Positions 1 to 9,122 of a stretch of 64,000 bases of DNA are shown one piece after another. Location of the stretch: the NCBI GenBank assembly GCA_964577985.1, contig CAZOAR010000004.1:6470-70469 (forward strand), read 5' to 3'. Source of the DNA: an uncultured Gemmatimonadota bacterium. GTDB lineage: Bacteria > Gemmatimonadota > CAZMKB01 > CAZNLH01. The notes beneath the pieces are model-generated. The model was not told where the DNA came from and did no database searches. It was given only the letters and a program-made list of their open reading frames with translations. Position 1 is the first letter of the stretch. Every line of letters starts with the position of its first letter. A program made the position numbers and the translations under genes.

Positions 1-1
1 A

Positions 2-523
2 GTGATCTGGAGGGGACCTCTGGTGGGAAAAGCCGTGAGACAAATGCTCCAGGATGTGGAATGGGGAGAACTCGATTACCTCATCATAGACCTGCCCCCC
101 GGGACTGGTGACGCGCAGTTGACAATTTCGCAAAACCTGTCGCTCACCGGAGCCGTCATGGTGACAACACCGCAGGCCGTGTCGCTGTCAGACGTGCGCC
201 GCGGTATAGTAATGTTTCAGAACGTACACGTCCCCATCGTGGGAATCGTGGAAAACATGGCCTACTATACATGCCCGTCGTGCGGAACGAGGGAGGAGAT
301 CTTCCCCGGAAACGAGGCAGGAAAGCTGACCACAGATTTCTCGATAGACCTTCTCGGCAGGATCCCCATAGACCCCGGGGTGTCCTCAGGTGGAGATTCC
401 GGAGAACCGGCGGTGGTCTCGGATCCTGACGGAGTGGTGGGAAAGGTCTTCAAAGACATTGCGGGGGCGGTGGTCGATTTCTCAAAGGGCGGTTCGATCG
501 TGAATGATACTCCAGCCGACTGA
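2..523 (+). CDS. Mrp/ApbC/NBP35-family Fe-S cluster carrier ATPase, C-terminal part (5' end lies outside the window)
   Basis: The ORF runs from the window edge. The translation carries the family's C-terminal region, including the YYTCPSCG Cys pair and the following IPIDP-type segment typical of Mrp/ApbC. It is the only plus-strand gene in the window. Confidence 0.8.
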   Translation: MIWRGPLVGKAVRQMLQDVEWGELDYLIIDLPPGTGDAQLTISQNLSLTGAVMVTTPQAVSLSDVRRGIVMFQNVHVPIVGIVENMAYYTCPSCGTREEIFPGNEAGKLTTDFSIDLLGRIPIDPGVSSGGDSGEPAVVSDPDGVVGKVFKDIAGAVVDFSKGGSIVNDTPAD

Positions 524-528
524 ATTGA

Positions 529-560
529 GCCACCGGTCGGGTGGCCCGATATTTCAAGAT
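529..560 (+). terminator. Candidate hairpin terminator after mrp (GCCACC-GGUCG-GGUGGC followed by CCGAUAUUUC)
   Basis: A 6-bp GC-rich stem with a 5-nt loop sits right after the mrp stop, followed by a short U-containing tract. Convergent nupC ends at 613, so the hairpin may act on both strands. Confidence 0.3.
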
Positions 561-612
561 CACCCATCGAAGCCACGAAACGACGCAGCCGACACACTGA
601 CTCGAATGAGTA

Positions 613-1899
613 CTACCTCCCACCCATCAGGATGGAAGCACCGCTGAAGAACGTTCCGGCCACGGCGGCGGTCAACAGGCACGCCAGCGTCGCGGCCAGC
701 AGGGCCCTCGGCCCTATCCTCGTGAGATCAGAGGTGCGGGAGGGGGCGAGCGCGGAGATCCCTCCGACAAAAATCGCCAGCGACGCTACATGTGCGAATC
801 CGCAGAGAGCGTAGGTGGCTATGACAATAGAACGTTGATGAACTATGGCGCCTGAACCGATGGCCGAGGCCAGATCCATATACGACTGGATCTCCGTCAC
901 CATCAGGCGTTCGCCGATAATATCGGAAATGATCTTCGCATCGGCCGCTGGTATCCCTATGACGAGGGTGAAAGGGTAGAAAACGATGCCCGCTATCGCC
1001 TTCAGAGACCACTGAAAATCCCATCCCGCTACGTGATTGACCCATCCACCCGCATAGCCGATAAACAGGTCACACAGTGCTACGAGTCCGAGAAACGCGA
1101 TAAGCAGAGCGACAATCCCGACAACAAGTTTGACTCCATTGTTCGCCCCGTTGATAATGGCCTCTATCCAGTTTGCTTCATCCGGAGGAGACTGCCGGAT
1201 GTCAACGCCCATGGTGACAGGAGATCCTTTCTCAGGAAGAAGCAGTTTGGACATTATCACGGCCGCCGGCGCTGACAGTATAGATGCCGAGACCAGGTGC
1301 CCCGCGATATTCGAGAACTCCTTTCCCAGGAGCATGACGTAGAGAGCGAGTACGCTCGACGCAACGGTCCCCATGCCGGCCGTCAATATAGTACAGAGTT
1401 CGGAGGATGTCATCTCCCGCAGATAAGGCCTGACGGTCAGTGCGGATTCGATCCCTACAAAGATATTGCTCGAAGCGCACATCGCTTCCGCGCCGCTTAT
1501 CCGCATCAGTCTCGAGAAGACGAAGGAGAAACAGCGGATAATCCTCCCCATGATACCGAGATAGTAGAGGAGACCCATGAGGCTGGCAAAGAAGATCACC
1601 GCGGGCATCGCCTGGAAGGCCAGGAAAAAGCCGAGAGATTCCTCTCCTTCCGGGCCGGTCATGCCGGGTGGTAGTGCCAGCCTTCCGAAGAGGAATCGAG
1701 CCCCGGCGCCCGCGCTGTCGAGGACCTTCACGACCGCATCGTTTATGAAGAGGAAAAGCCTCGTCCCCGGCGGAAAAAGGAAGATCAGAGAGGCGAAGGC
1801 GAACAGTATAACGAGGCCCCATGTTATGAGCCGCCAGTTGACGCTCCGTCTGTCGGCGGATACAATCCAGGCGAACGCGAGGAGTAGAAAAACTCCCAT
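613..1899 (-). CDS. nupC: NupC/CNT-family concentrative nucleoside transporter
   Basis: 428 aa polytopic membrane protein. Blocks align with E. coli NupC as recalled from memory: LMRISGAEAMCASSNIFVGIESALTV matches [26 protein letters not shown], and IVFYPFTLVIGIP matches YIFYPIAWVMGVP. Confidence 0.85.
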   Translation of the reverse strand: MGVFLLLAFAWIVSADRRSVNWRLITWGLVILFAFASLIFLFPPGTRLFLFINDAVVKVLDSAGAGARFLFGRLALPPGMTGPEGEESLGFFLAFQAMPAVIFFASLMGLLYYLGIMGRIIRCFSFVFSRLMRISGAEAMCASSNIFVGIESALTVRPYLREMTSSELCTILTAGMGTVASSVLALYVMLLGKEFSNIAGHLVSASILSAPAAVIMSKLLLPEKGSPVTMGVDIRQSPPDEANWIEAIINGANNGVKLVVGIVALLIAFLGLVALCDLFIGYAGGWVNHVAGWDFQWSLKAIAGIVFYPFTLVIGIPAADAKIISDIIGERLMVTEIQSYMDLASAIGSGAIVHQRSIVIATYALCGFAHVASLAIFVGGISALAPSRTSDLTRIGPRALLAATLACLLTAAVAGTFFSGASILMGGR

Positions 1900-1944
1900 G
1901 AAACTGATCAGGTTATAGGTCTCCAGCTCGCGACCTCCAGGTTG

Positions 1945-4086
1945 TCATCCAGTCCGACCCTCGCGCAGGCTGATTCTTGCGTCTACTCCTCGCGCCCCTC
2001 TCTTTCCGGGCAGGACGATGAAGGGGTTGATGTCCGTCTGGGATATCTCTGGAAAATCTGTGACAAGCTGTGCGAGACGTCCGATCGCCTCGGCGATAGC
2101 CTTGAGATCCGACGCCCTCTGGCCCCTGACTCCTTCCAGGATACTGTAGCCACGGATGCTCCTGATCATCTCGTCCGCGTCAACGTCTGTGACGGGAAGA
2201 ATCCGGAACGTCACGTCCTTGAGATGCTCCACATATATTCCGCCGAGTCCGAACATCAGCAGCGGACCGAAAGAGGGGTCGAGGGTAGTGCCCAGGATCG
2301 TCTCCTGCCCCCCGTCCACCATCTCCTGAACCATGTATTTTCCCCCATATCTTCCCTTCTTCAATCGGGCTCTCAGCTTCTTGAACTGCTGGAAAGCCTT
2401 TACCATCTCTCCGTCATCCCGTATACCGAGGACTACTCCTCCCACGTCTGTCTTGTGTGAGACATCAGGATCGGCAATCTTGAGCGCAACCGGATAGCCG
2501 ATCTCTTCGGCGGTCGCAACGACTTCCTCCAGTCCCTCGACGACGCTGAAGCGTGCCATCGGTATACCATAGGCCTCGAGTACCCGGTAAGATTCCTCCT
2601 GGGTGAGATCGACCCGCCCGGATGCCGACACACCCTTGAGGACCTTCCTGACGGTGGCTGAGTCGACCCGAGAATTGACGACCTTACCCCGGGGACGCTC
2701 CAGCCATCGCCTGTACTTGTCCATGAGACAGAGGGTCTTGGCCGCCGACTCCGGGAATGAATAGATGGGGATGATCTTCCCTTCTTTCCGATCGGAGTTC
2801 CCCAGGACCTGCTCCCGTCCCATGAAACACCCCAGCACTGTCTTGTCGCTCTCCTTTGTGGCGTTGTGTATTATGGTCGATATCTCGAGCGGATCTGTCG
2901 TAATCGGCGGGACGAAGATGACGAGAACGGCGTGGACGTTCTCATCTTTCAGGATAATCTCGAGAGCCTCCCTGTAACGCTCCGTGCCCGCGCTCGCGAT
3001 AAGATCGATTGGATTCTGGGGTGCTATTATCGGAGGTAGTGTTCTCCTGAGTTTTCTTACTGTATCGTCCGTAAAGTTCGCGATGTGGAGTCCAAGGGTT
3101 TCACACGCGTCGACCGCCATGATGCCTGGTCCGCCGGCATTCGTGATGATAGCGACTCCGTTCCCCTTCGGAACCGGTTGATTGCAGAACGCCATCGCCA
3201 GATCAAAGAGTTCCTCAACGGAAGTAACCCTGAGAATTCCGCTCTGTTCGAACAGCGCTTCGCTCGCCACCTCCCTGTTCGCCATCGCGCCGGTATGAGA
3301 GGTTGCCGCCCTTATGCCGGACCTGGTGCGTCCAGCCTTCACCGCGATCACGGGCTTCTTTCTCGTGATCTCGCGTGCCAGACTGCTGAACTTCATGGGA
3401 TTGCCAAAACTCTCGAGATACATCAGTATGAGTTCCGTGGCGGGGTCGTCCTTCCAGTACTCGATAAGGTCATTCCCCGAGACATCAACCTTGTTCCCGA
3501 CACTTATGAAGTTTGAGAAGCCCAGGTTCAGTTCACGCGCCATGCAGAGAATAGCTTCGCCGAGCGCCCCGCTCTGTGACATGAACCCTATCTTTCCCTT
3601 TGTGGGCGTTGTGGCCGCGAACGTGGCGTTCATGCTGACAGCCGGCTCGGTGTTCACCACTCCCATGCAGTTGGGCCCCACGGCCCTCATTCCGTACTTC
3701 CTGAGGAGCTTGACGATCTTCTCCTCCGCGCGCGCTCCCTTGCCGCCTATCTCCTTGAAGCCCGCCGATATGATAACCAGGCCGCGAACGCCCTTCTTTC
3801 CGCAGTTCTCCACGACCTTGACAACTTCCGGCATAGGCACGACTACTATCGCGAGATCGACGCGGTCCGGCACGTCGAGGATCGAAGGATAGCACTTGAT
3901 ACTGTTGACCACGTCCGCGTTCGGGTTCACGGGAAAGAGCGTTCCCTTGAATTCATAATCCAGCAGATTATGAAGTATTTCCCTGCCGATCGTCCCGCGC
4001 CTTCTCGAAGCCCCGATCACCGCTATCGATTCTGGCTTGAATATGCTGTCAAGGCTTCTCGCCTTCCCCTTATCCTCTTTCATCAT
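1945..4086 (-). CDS. Acetate/acyl--CoA ligase (ADP-forming), fused alpha+beta subunits (NDP-forming acyl-CoA synthetase)
   Basis: 713 aa. The N-terminus is a CoA-binding domain (SIAVIGAS..., succinyl-CoA-synthetase-alpha-like). The C-terminal half is an ATP-grasp domain (YPVALKIADPDVSHKTDVGGV). This is the classic ACD architecture. The stop overlaps the start of the upstream PfkB gene by 4 bp. Confidence 0.85.
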   Translation of the reverse strand: MMKEDKGKARSLDSIFKPESIAVIGASRRRGTIGREILHNLLDYEFKGTLFPVNPNADVVNSIKCYPSILDVPDRVDLAIVVVPMPEVVKVVENCGKKGVRGLVIISAGFKEIGGKGARAEEKIVKLLRKYGMRAVGPNCMGVVNTEPAVSMNATFAATTPTKGKIGFMSQSGALGEAILCMARELNLGFSNFISVGNKVDVSGNDLIEYWKDDPATELILMYLESFGNPMKFSSLAREITRKKPVIAVKAGRTRSGIRAATSHTGAMANREVASEALFEQSGILRVTSVEELFDLAMAFCNQPVPKGNGVAIITNAGGPGIMAVDACETLGLHIANFTDDTVRKLRRTLPPIIAPQNPIDLIASAGTERYREALEIILKDENVHAVLVIFVPPITTDPLEISTIIHNATKESDKTVLGCFMGREQVLGNSDRKEGKIIPIYSFPESAAKTLCLMDKYRRWLERPRGKVVNSRVDSATVRKVLKGVSASGRVDLTQEESYRVLEAYGIPMARFSVVEGLEEVVATAEEIGYPVALKIADPDVSHKTDVGGVVLGIRDDGEMVKAFQQFKKLRARLKKGRYGGKYMVQEMVDGGQETILGTTLDPSFGPLLMFGLGGIYVEHLKDVTFRILPVTDVDADEMIRSIRGYSILEGVRGQRASDLKAIAEAIGRLAQLVTDFPEISQTDINPFIVLPGKRGARGVDARISLREGRTG

Positions 4087-5060
4087 AGATTATCTCCACT
4101 CTCTTCTCCTCGTCCCGGCTTGATCCGAAAATCGTCCTGTTCCATCTGATTCCTCAGATGATCGTTCAACCCTGCGGTTCCGGATCGGGCACAGTTGAAA
4201 CCCGCAAGCCTTGTCGCAAGTGTCATGGCCGTTTCGATGCTGCCTCCGCTCAGCCTTGAATAGAAGAACGCAGCCCCGAAGACATCGCCGCTACCTGTGG
4301 GATCCACCAACTCGACCTCTCCCGATGGTGGCATGTGGCGCTTGTGAGGTTTTCCCTTTTCATCCGTGTACCAGCACCACGATCCTTGCTTGCCGTCGGT
4401 GACTATAAGACAGGCTATGCGGTGTCCGCGACTCATCCGCCACAGATAATCCCCGGCGTCACAGGTCTCCCCTTCAGATCCAAGTATCGTGCAAAGTTCA
4501 TCCCGGTTGACCTGAAGTGTGTCACACAGATCGAGCCACTCCTCCCAGCCCTCCGGTCGTCTCCTGTAGTGTCTGCCGCCCTCGTCAAGACCGAGCAGAT
4601 AACTGTGCAGGTCGAGGTACACCGGAAGAGACACTTCATCCATCGTGTCCGAGAGGAGTTGCCGGTCCAATTCCCTTCCGGAAATCATGTTGATCAGGAG
4701 ACCGTCGCATTCTCCAATCGAGAGGAGGTCTCCCCGCTTCAACGCGCTTACGCCGCCCGATGCCAGCTCCTCCCTCGTGTCCGGTCCGGTGTAGCGAAGC
4801 TCGACACGGTTGTTGGGCCCCTCATCCTCGAGTACCCCATCCCACGACATGTGCGGGACTTCTGCCAGAGCCATCCTGATCTTCTCGATGGCATCACTGC
4901 CGACGCGGACTATCGGTGAGACGAGATCGTCACTCTCCATCAACGAATCAACCGTCATGATGGAATATGCGATACCGCCGAGATCCTCGGTGACACCTCC
5001 CCGGTACCTGTGAACCGTGTCGAGCACGATCTGTCCGATCATGCCGATCTTAAGAGACAA
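4083..5060 (-). CDS. PfkB-family (ribokinase-like) sugar/nucleoside kinase
   Basis: 325 aa. The C-terminal PfkB signature DPTGSGDVFGAAF is present. The gene overlaps the ROK kinase upstream and the ACD downstream. Confidence 0.8.
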   Translation of the reverse strand: MSLKIGMIGQIVLDTVHRYRGGVTEDLGGIAYSIMTVDSLMESDDLVSPIVRVGSDAIEKIRMALAEVPHMSWDGVLEDEGPNNRVELRYTGPDTREELASGGVSALKRGDLLSIGECDGLLINMISGRELDRQLLSDTMDEVSLPVYLDLHSYLLGLDEGGRHYRRRPEGWEEWLDLCDTLQVNRDELCTILGSEGETCDAGDYLWRMSRGHRIACLIVTDGKQGSWCWYTDEKGKPHKRHMPPSGEVELVDPTGSGDVFGAAFFYSRLSGGSIETAMTLATRLAGFNCARSGTAGLNDHLRNQMEQDDFRIKPGRGEESGDNL

Positions 5061-6039
5061 TTCCGCCTTCGATCTCTGCCTTGATAACTCCTACCGCCCC
5101 TATTATCCCGGCATCATCACCGAGTTCGGCCGGGACCACCCTCACCCCCTGTACCGCGGCGGGAAACGCCCTTCCCCTGACTTCATCGACCAGCGGGGCA
5201 AAGAGCATTTCGCCCGCCTTTATGACACCGCCGCTGATCACTACAAGCTCCGGGTTGATGATATTCAGGATGTTGGCCACGCCGACGGAAAGATAGGTAG
5301 CCGTCTCCACCATAATCTCTTTGCAGAATGAATCACCCGCAATTGCCTGCTGGTATACCGTCGCTGAGGTGATCCTGCTCAGGTCACCCTCCACGGCGCG
5401 TTTGAGAACTGTCTCCCGGCCGTCCTCAATTCCCTCCCTGGCCCTTGCGGCTATCGCTGTCGCCGACGCGTAGGACTCCAGACAACCGAGATTCCCGCAA
5501 CTGCAACGCCGCCCGTCCACCTCGATCGTCATATGACCGATCTCCCCGGCCACGTCGGTCGCCCCGCGCCAGATCTCACCATGAATCACTATCCCACCTC
5601 CTACCCCGGTACCCAGCGTAAAGCAGACCAGCGAATCCATCCCGACGCCGGCTCCCTTCCACCACTCACCTATGGCCGCAGCATTTGCGTCGTTGTCGAG
5701 CGCCGCGGGAACGCCCGTAGCATCCGAGACCATGTCCCTCAGAGGGACGTCCCGCCATCCGAGGTTGTGGGTGTGGATTATCGTTCCCGATTTTGTGTCG
5801 AGAGGTCCGGGAGAGCCTATTCCTATCCCCAGCAGGGAGGAAGAAGATATCCCCTTCTCCCCGACCAGTCTTCTCACGATTTGGGAGATCTTCGCGACGA
5901 CGTGATCTGGTCCCTTCTGGCCCTCGGTGGGGAATGCCTCTCTGCCGAAGAGAACGCCTTCACTGTCGGAGAGGCCGATCTTGGTGACGGAGCCACCGAT
6001 ATCGACTCCCATATAGTACTTATCCACTCTGTTTGACAA
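5050..6039 (-). CDS. ROK-family glucokinase
   Basis: 329 aa. N-terminal GVDIGGS ATPase motif and the ROK zinc motif CSCGNLGCLESYAS. Overlaps the downstream PfkB gene by 11 bp. Confidence 0.85.
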   Translation of the reverse strand: MSNRVDKYYMGVDIGGSVTKIGLSDSEGVLFGREAFPTEGQKGPDHVVAKISQIVRRLVGEKGISSSSLLGIGIGSPGPLDTKSGTIIHTHNLGWRDVPLRDMVSDATGVPAALDNDANAAAIGEWWKGAGVGMDSLVCFTLGTGVGGGIVIHGEIWRGATDVAGEIGHMTIEVDGRRCSCGNLGCLESYASATAIAARAREGIEDGRETVLKRAVEGDLSRITSATVYQQAIAGDSFCKEIMVETATYLSVGVANILNIINPELVVISGGVIKAGEMLFAPLVDEVRGRAFPAAVQGVRVVPAELGDDAGIIGAVGVIKAEIEGGIVS

Positions 6040-6091
6040 GGCTGCCCCTTTCTTACGCCCCTGTTCGTTTCATATCAACCCGACCTGCGGG

Positions 6092-7003
6092 TTAGATGAC
6101 ATCGGCCGGGACCGTCTTCCATCTTCGATGCTGCCATAGCCACTGTTCGGGATGAGCCCTGATCTGTTCCTCCAGCCTCGACGTAAATGTGCGGGTGAAC
6201 GTCTCGACATCCTTCTCGAGATCTCCGGCCCGCTCGTACAGTATCGGCTCCACAGACAGCTCATAGCTGCCGTCGTCAGTCCTGATAACGAATGCCATGA
6301 CGGCGGGCACGCCCTGACGAATCGACAAGACAGCGGGGCCCCTCGCGGTGGACGCCATCCTGCCGAAAAAAGGCACGAACACACCCTTCTCGCGCGCATC
6401 CTGATCCGCCAGGAGTACCACGATGTCATTCGCCTTCATCGCCTTGATCGCCCCCTTCACCGCCCTGTTTCGCTGGATCGTCTTCATCCCCGAAGTCTCC
6501 CGCATGTCGGAAATAAGTCTATCGATATACGGGTTGTGGATCCTCTGAACCACCACGCTGAGCGAGTATCCGAGACTCGCGAGACAGGCACCCCCCAGCT
6601 CCCAGTTGCCGAGATGAAACGTCACAACCAGCAATCCCTTGCCCTTGCTCAGTCCTTCATCGAGGTGGCGGCGGCCTTTGACTACGATGTGACGAGACAA
6701 AACATCGCGGTCGAGGCCCCTGAGCTTCAGCAATTCGACGGGAAGCCTGCACATATTTTGGTAACAGGCTACACCATATCTTCTGATCTCTTCAGGGGTC
6801 CTCTCCGGGAGCGCTCTCGCCAGTTGATCAAGCACGACTTCTCTCCGAATCCTGATAACCCGGAAAAAGAAGAGACCGAGGATGTCTCCGAGACGATGGC
6901 ACGCCTTCAGAGAAAGTGCCCTGATGAGACCGGAGAATAGAAGCGCCAGGAGATACTCGCCTCGATATGACGTATTTTTAAGGATTCCGTTGCCCCGCCC
7001 CAT
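6092..7003 (-). CDS. LpxL/HtrB-like lysophospholipid (lipid A late) acyltransferase family protein
   Basis: 303 aa. N-terminal membrane anchor followed by an acyltransferase-like region. Length and architecture match lauroyl/myristoyl Kdo2-lipid IVA acyltransferases. The exact substrate is unknown. Confidence 0.65.
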   Translation of the reverse strand: MGRGNGILKNTSYRGEYLLALLFSGLIRALSLKACHRLGDILGLFFFRVIRIRREVVLDQLARALPERTPEEIRRYGVACYQNMCRLPVELLKLRGLDRDVLSRHIVVKGRRHLDEGLSKGKGLLVVTFHLGNWELGGACLASLGYSLSVVVQRIHNPYIDRLISDMRETSGMKTIQRNRAVKGAIKAMKANDIVVLLADQDAREKGVFVPFFGRMASTARGPAVLSIRQGVPAVMAFVIRTDDGSYELSVEPILYERAGDLEKDVETFTRTFTSRLEEQIRAHPEQWLWQHRRWKTVPADVI

Positions 7004-7200
7004 GATGGCATAATAATAACAGTCTCCCTCCCCTTTTTCAACCGGGTGGTTTCGCTGGAGGTTACCGGGTTTTTTCGACGCACCTCGCTGTCATTCCGGC
7101 TTGCACGAAATCAACAGATTCCCGACGCGCTGCGCTTGCGGGAATGACAGGACGTGGCCATTCACCATCAAAATATGAAAGGCAAACAGTGTCAAAAAAC

Positions 7201-8991
7201 TCATTCCCGGATGGAAAGAACGGCCATGAACGCCTCCTGAGGGATATCGACCGATCCTATCCGCTTCATCTTCTTCTTCCCCTCTTTCTGTTTCTCGAGG
7301 AGTTTCCTCTTGCGGGTTATGTCGCCACCATAGAGCTTGGCTGTCACGTTCTTTCTCAGCGGCGGTATCCGCTCCCTCGCTATTACCTTGCTGCCATGCG
7401 ACGCCTGGATTACGACCTCGAACATCTGCCTGGGTATGACCTCCTTCAGCTTGCCTGTAAGCTTTCTGCCCCAGTCGTAGGCCCTGTCTTTGTGTACGAT
7501 GAGTGTCAGCGCGTCAAGGATCTTGCCGTTTATCCGTATGTCGAGCTTCAGGAGTTCAGACTCCCGGTAGCCCGTGAACTCGTAGTCGAGGGAGGCGTAG
7601 CCCTGCGTGATCGATTTGAGCCGGTCATGGAAGTCTGTTATTATACCCGAGAGTGGAATCTCATAATTGATGACCACCCGGGCGGGATCCGGATAGATCA
7701 TCTCAAGGAACTTTCCCCGCTTATCCTGGCAGAGTTTCATGACGTTTCCCATATACTCGACCGGGGTTATCAGGTGAGCGCGGACAAAGGGCTCCAGGAC
7801 GGCGTCGCGACGGTTTCTCTCCGGCATCTGGTCGATCCGCTCCACATCTATCTCGGTCCCGTCAGCACGACGAACACGGTACCGGACCGTCGGGACGGTG
7901 GAGACCAGATCGAGGCCGTGCTCGCGGAAAAGCCGTTCCTGGATGATCTCCATGTGGAGCATCCCGAGGAAACCGCAACGGAACCCGAACCCGAGGGCGC
8001 TCGACGACTCCGGCTCGAAGCGGAGGGAGGCATCGTTCAGATTCAGCTTCTCGAGGGCGGTCTTCAGCACGCCATAGTCGTCGCTGTCTGTGGGATACAG
8101 ACTGCAATAGACCATCGGCTTGACTTCACGATATCCCGGCAGGGGCTCTGACGGCCTGCCGGACTCCATGACCGTGTCGCCCACGCGGATGTCGGAGAGC
8201 TTCCTGACCGAGGCCACCAGGTATCCTACATCACCCGCCGCAAGTTCCTCAACGGGGATCTTCTCCATCTTGAACACGCCGACCTCTGTCACCTCATAAC
8301 GCGCGTTCATCGAGTGGAATGAGATCTCCATACCGGGCCTGACCGCTCCATCTATCACGCGCAGATAGGGAATCGCCCCACGGTACTGGTCGAAGGTGGA
8401 ATCGAATATGAGCGCTTTCAACGGATCGTCCTTCTTCCCTGACGGCGCAGGGACCCTCTCGACAATCGCCCGAAGAATCTCGTCTATTCCTTCTCCGGCC
8501 TTCGCGCTCGCCATCAGTATCTCGTCGGGAAGGCAATCCAGGAGATTGCACAGCTCATCCTGCACCTCATCCTTCCTGTTGTTCGGAAGGTCGATCTTGT
8601 TGATCACCGGGATTACTACAAGCTCGTTATCGAGCGCGAGAAGGAGATTGCTCATAGTCTGAGCCTCTATCCCCTGGACCGCGTCTACCAGCAGGAGCGC
8701 CCCCTCACAGGCCGCCAGGCTCCTGGATACTTCATATGTGAAATCTACGTGCCCGGGCGTGTCGATCAGGTTGAGCCGCCAGCTGCTGCCGTCGCAGGCG
8801 TAGTCGATCCTGATGGGGTGGGACTTGATAGTAATCCCACGCTCGCGTTCGAGGTCCATGTCGTCGAGGACCTGGGCACGCATCTCCCTCGGGGCAAGCG
8901 TCGCCGTCGCCTCGAGGAGCCGGTCCGCCAGGGTCGACTTTCCGTGGTCTATGTGGGCTATGATGCAGAAATTGCGAGTGTTTTCAAGCAT
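7201..8991 (-). CDS. lepA: Elongation factor 4 (LepA)
   Basis: 596 aa. N-terminus [26 protein letters not shown] is the translational GTPase G1 motif. Length and the LepA-specific C-terminal domain match. Confidence 0.97.
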   Translation of the reverse strand: MLENTRNFCIIAHIDHGKSTLADRLLEATATLAPREMRAQVLDDMDLERERGITIKSHPIRIDYACDGSSWRLNLIDTPGHVDFTYEVSRSLAACEGALLLVDAVQGIEAQTMSNLLLALDNELVVIPVINKIDLPNNRKDEVQDELCNLLDCLPDEILMASAKAGEGIDEILRAIVERVPAPSGKKDDPLKALIFDSTFDQYRGAIPYLRVIDGAVRPGMEISFHSMNARYEVTEVGVFKMEKIPVEELAAGDVGYLVASVRKLSDIRVGDTVMESGRPSEPLPGYREVKPMVYCSLYPTDSDDYGVLKTALEKLNLNDASLRFEPESSSALGFGFRCGFLGMLHMEIIQERLFREHGLDLVSTVPTVRYRVRRADGTEIDVERIDQMPERNRRDAVLEPFVRAHLITPVEYMGNVMKLCQDKRGKFLEMIYPDPARVVINYEIPLSGIITDFHDRLKSITQGYASLDYEFTGYRESELLKLDIRINGKILDALTLIVHKDRAYDWGRKLTGKLKEVIPRQMFEVVIQASHGSKVIARERIPPLRKNVTAKLYGGDITRKRKLLEKQKEGKKKMKRIGSVDIPQEAFMAVLSIRE

Positions 8992-9047
8992 GATATTCCC
9001 TGCTCTCGATAGAGAATGGTGAAATCATGTCCGGTAAACGGATGCAT

Positions 9048-9073
9048 GGAAACGCCCGGACATGAGTCCGGGC
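9048..9073 (-). terminator. Candidate hairpin after priA (GCCCGGAC-UCAU-GUCCGGGC then GUUUCC) in the lepA 5' region
   Basis: Seen on the minus strand: an 8-bp GC stem with a 4-nt loop about 50 nt after the priA stop, followed by a short U-containing tract. It overlaps an alternative 8-bp pairing, AUGUCCGG with CCGGACAU. Confidence 0.35.
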
Positions 9074-9122
9074 TCGCGACCAGATGCCGGGGGCTTTGCG
9101 CGTTCCGGCAATTCAGATAGTT

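Noticed and set aside
7030-7080. Plus-strand GC-rich segment followed by a T6 run (ccgggttttttcgacg) between lepA and the LpxL-like gene
   Set aside because: It looks like a terminator T-tract, but it is on the strand with no upstream gene. I could not find a convincing stem, and on the coding (minus) strand it reads as an A-run. It is probably part of the lpxL-like promoter region.
7144-8151. 335-aa plus-strand ORF
   Set aside because: It is entirely antisense to lepA, which is unambiguous. The translation is Arg/Leu/Pro-rich and low in information, typical of spurious antisense frames in high-GC DNA.
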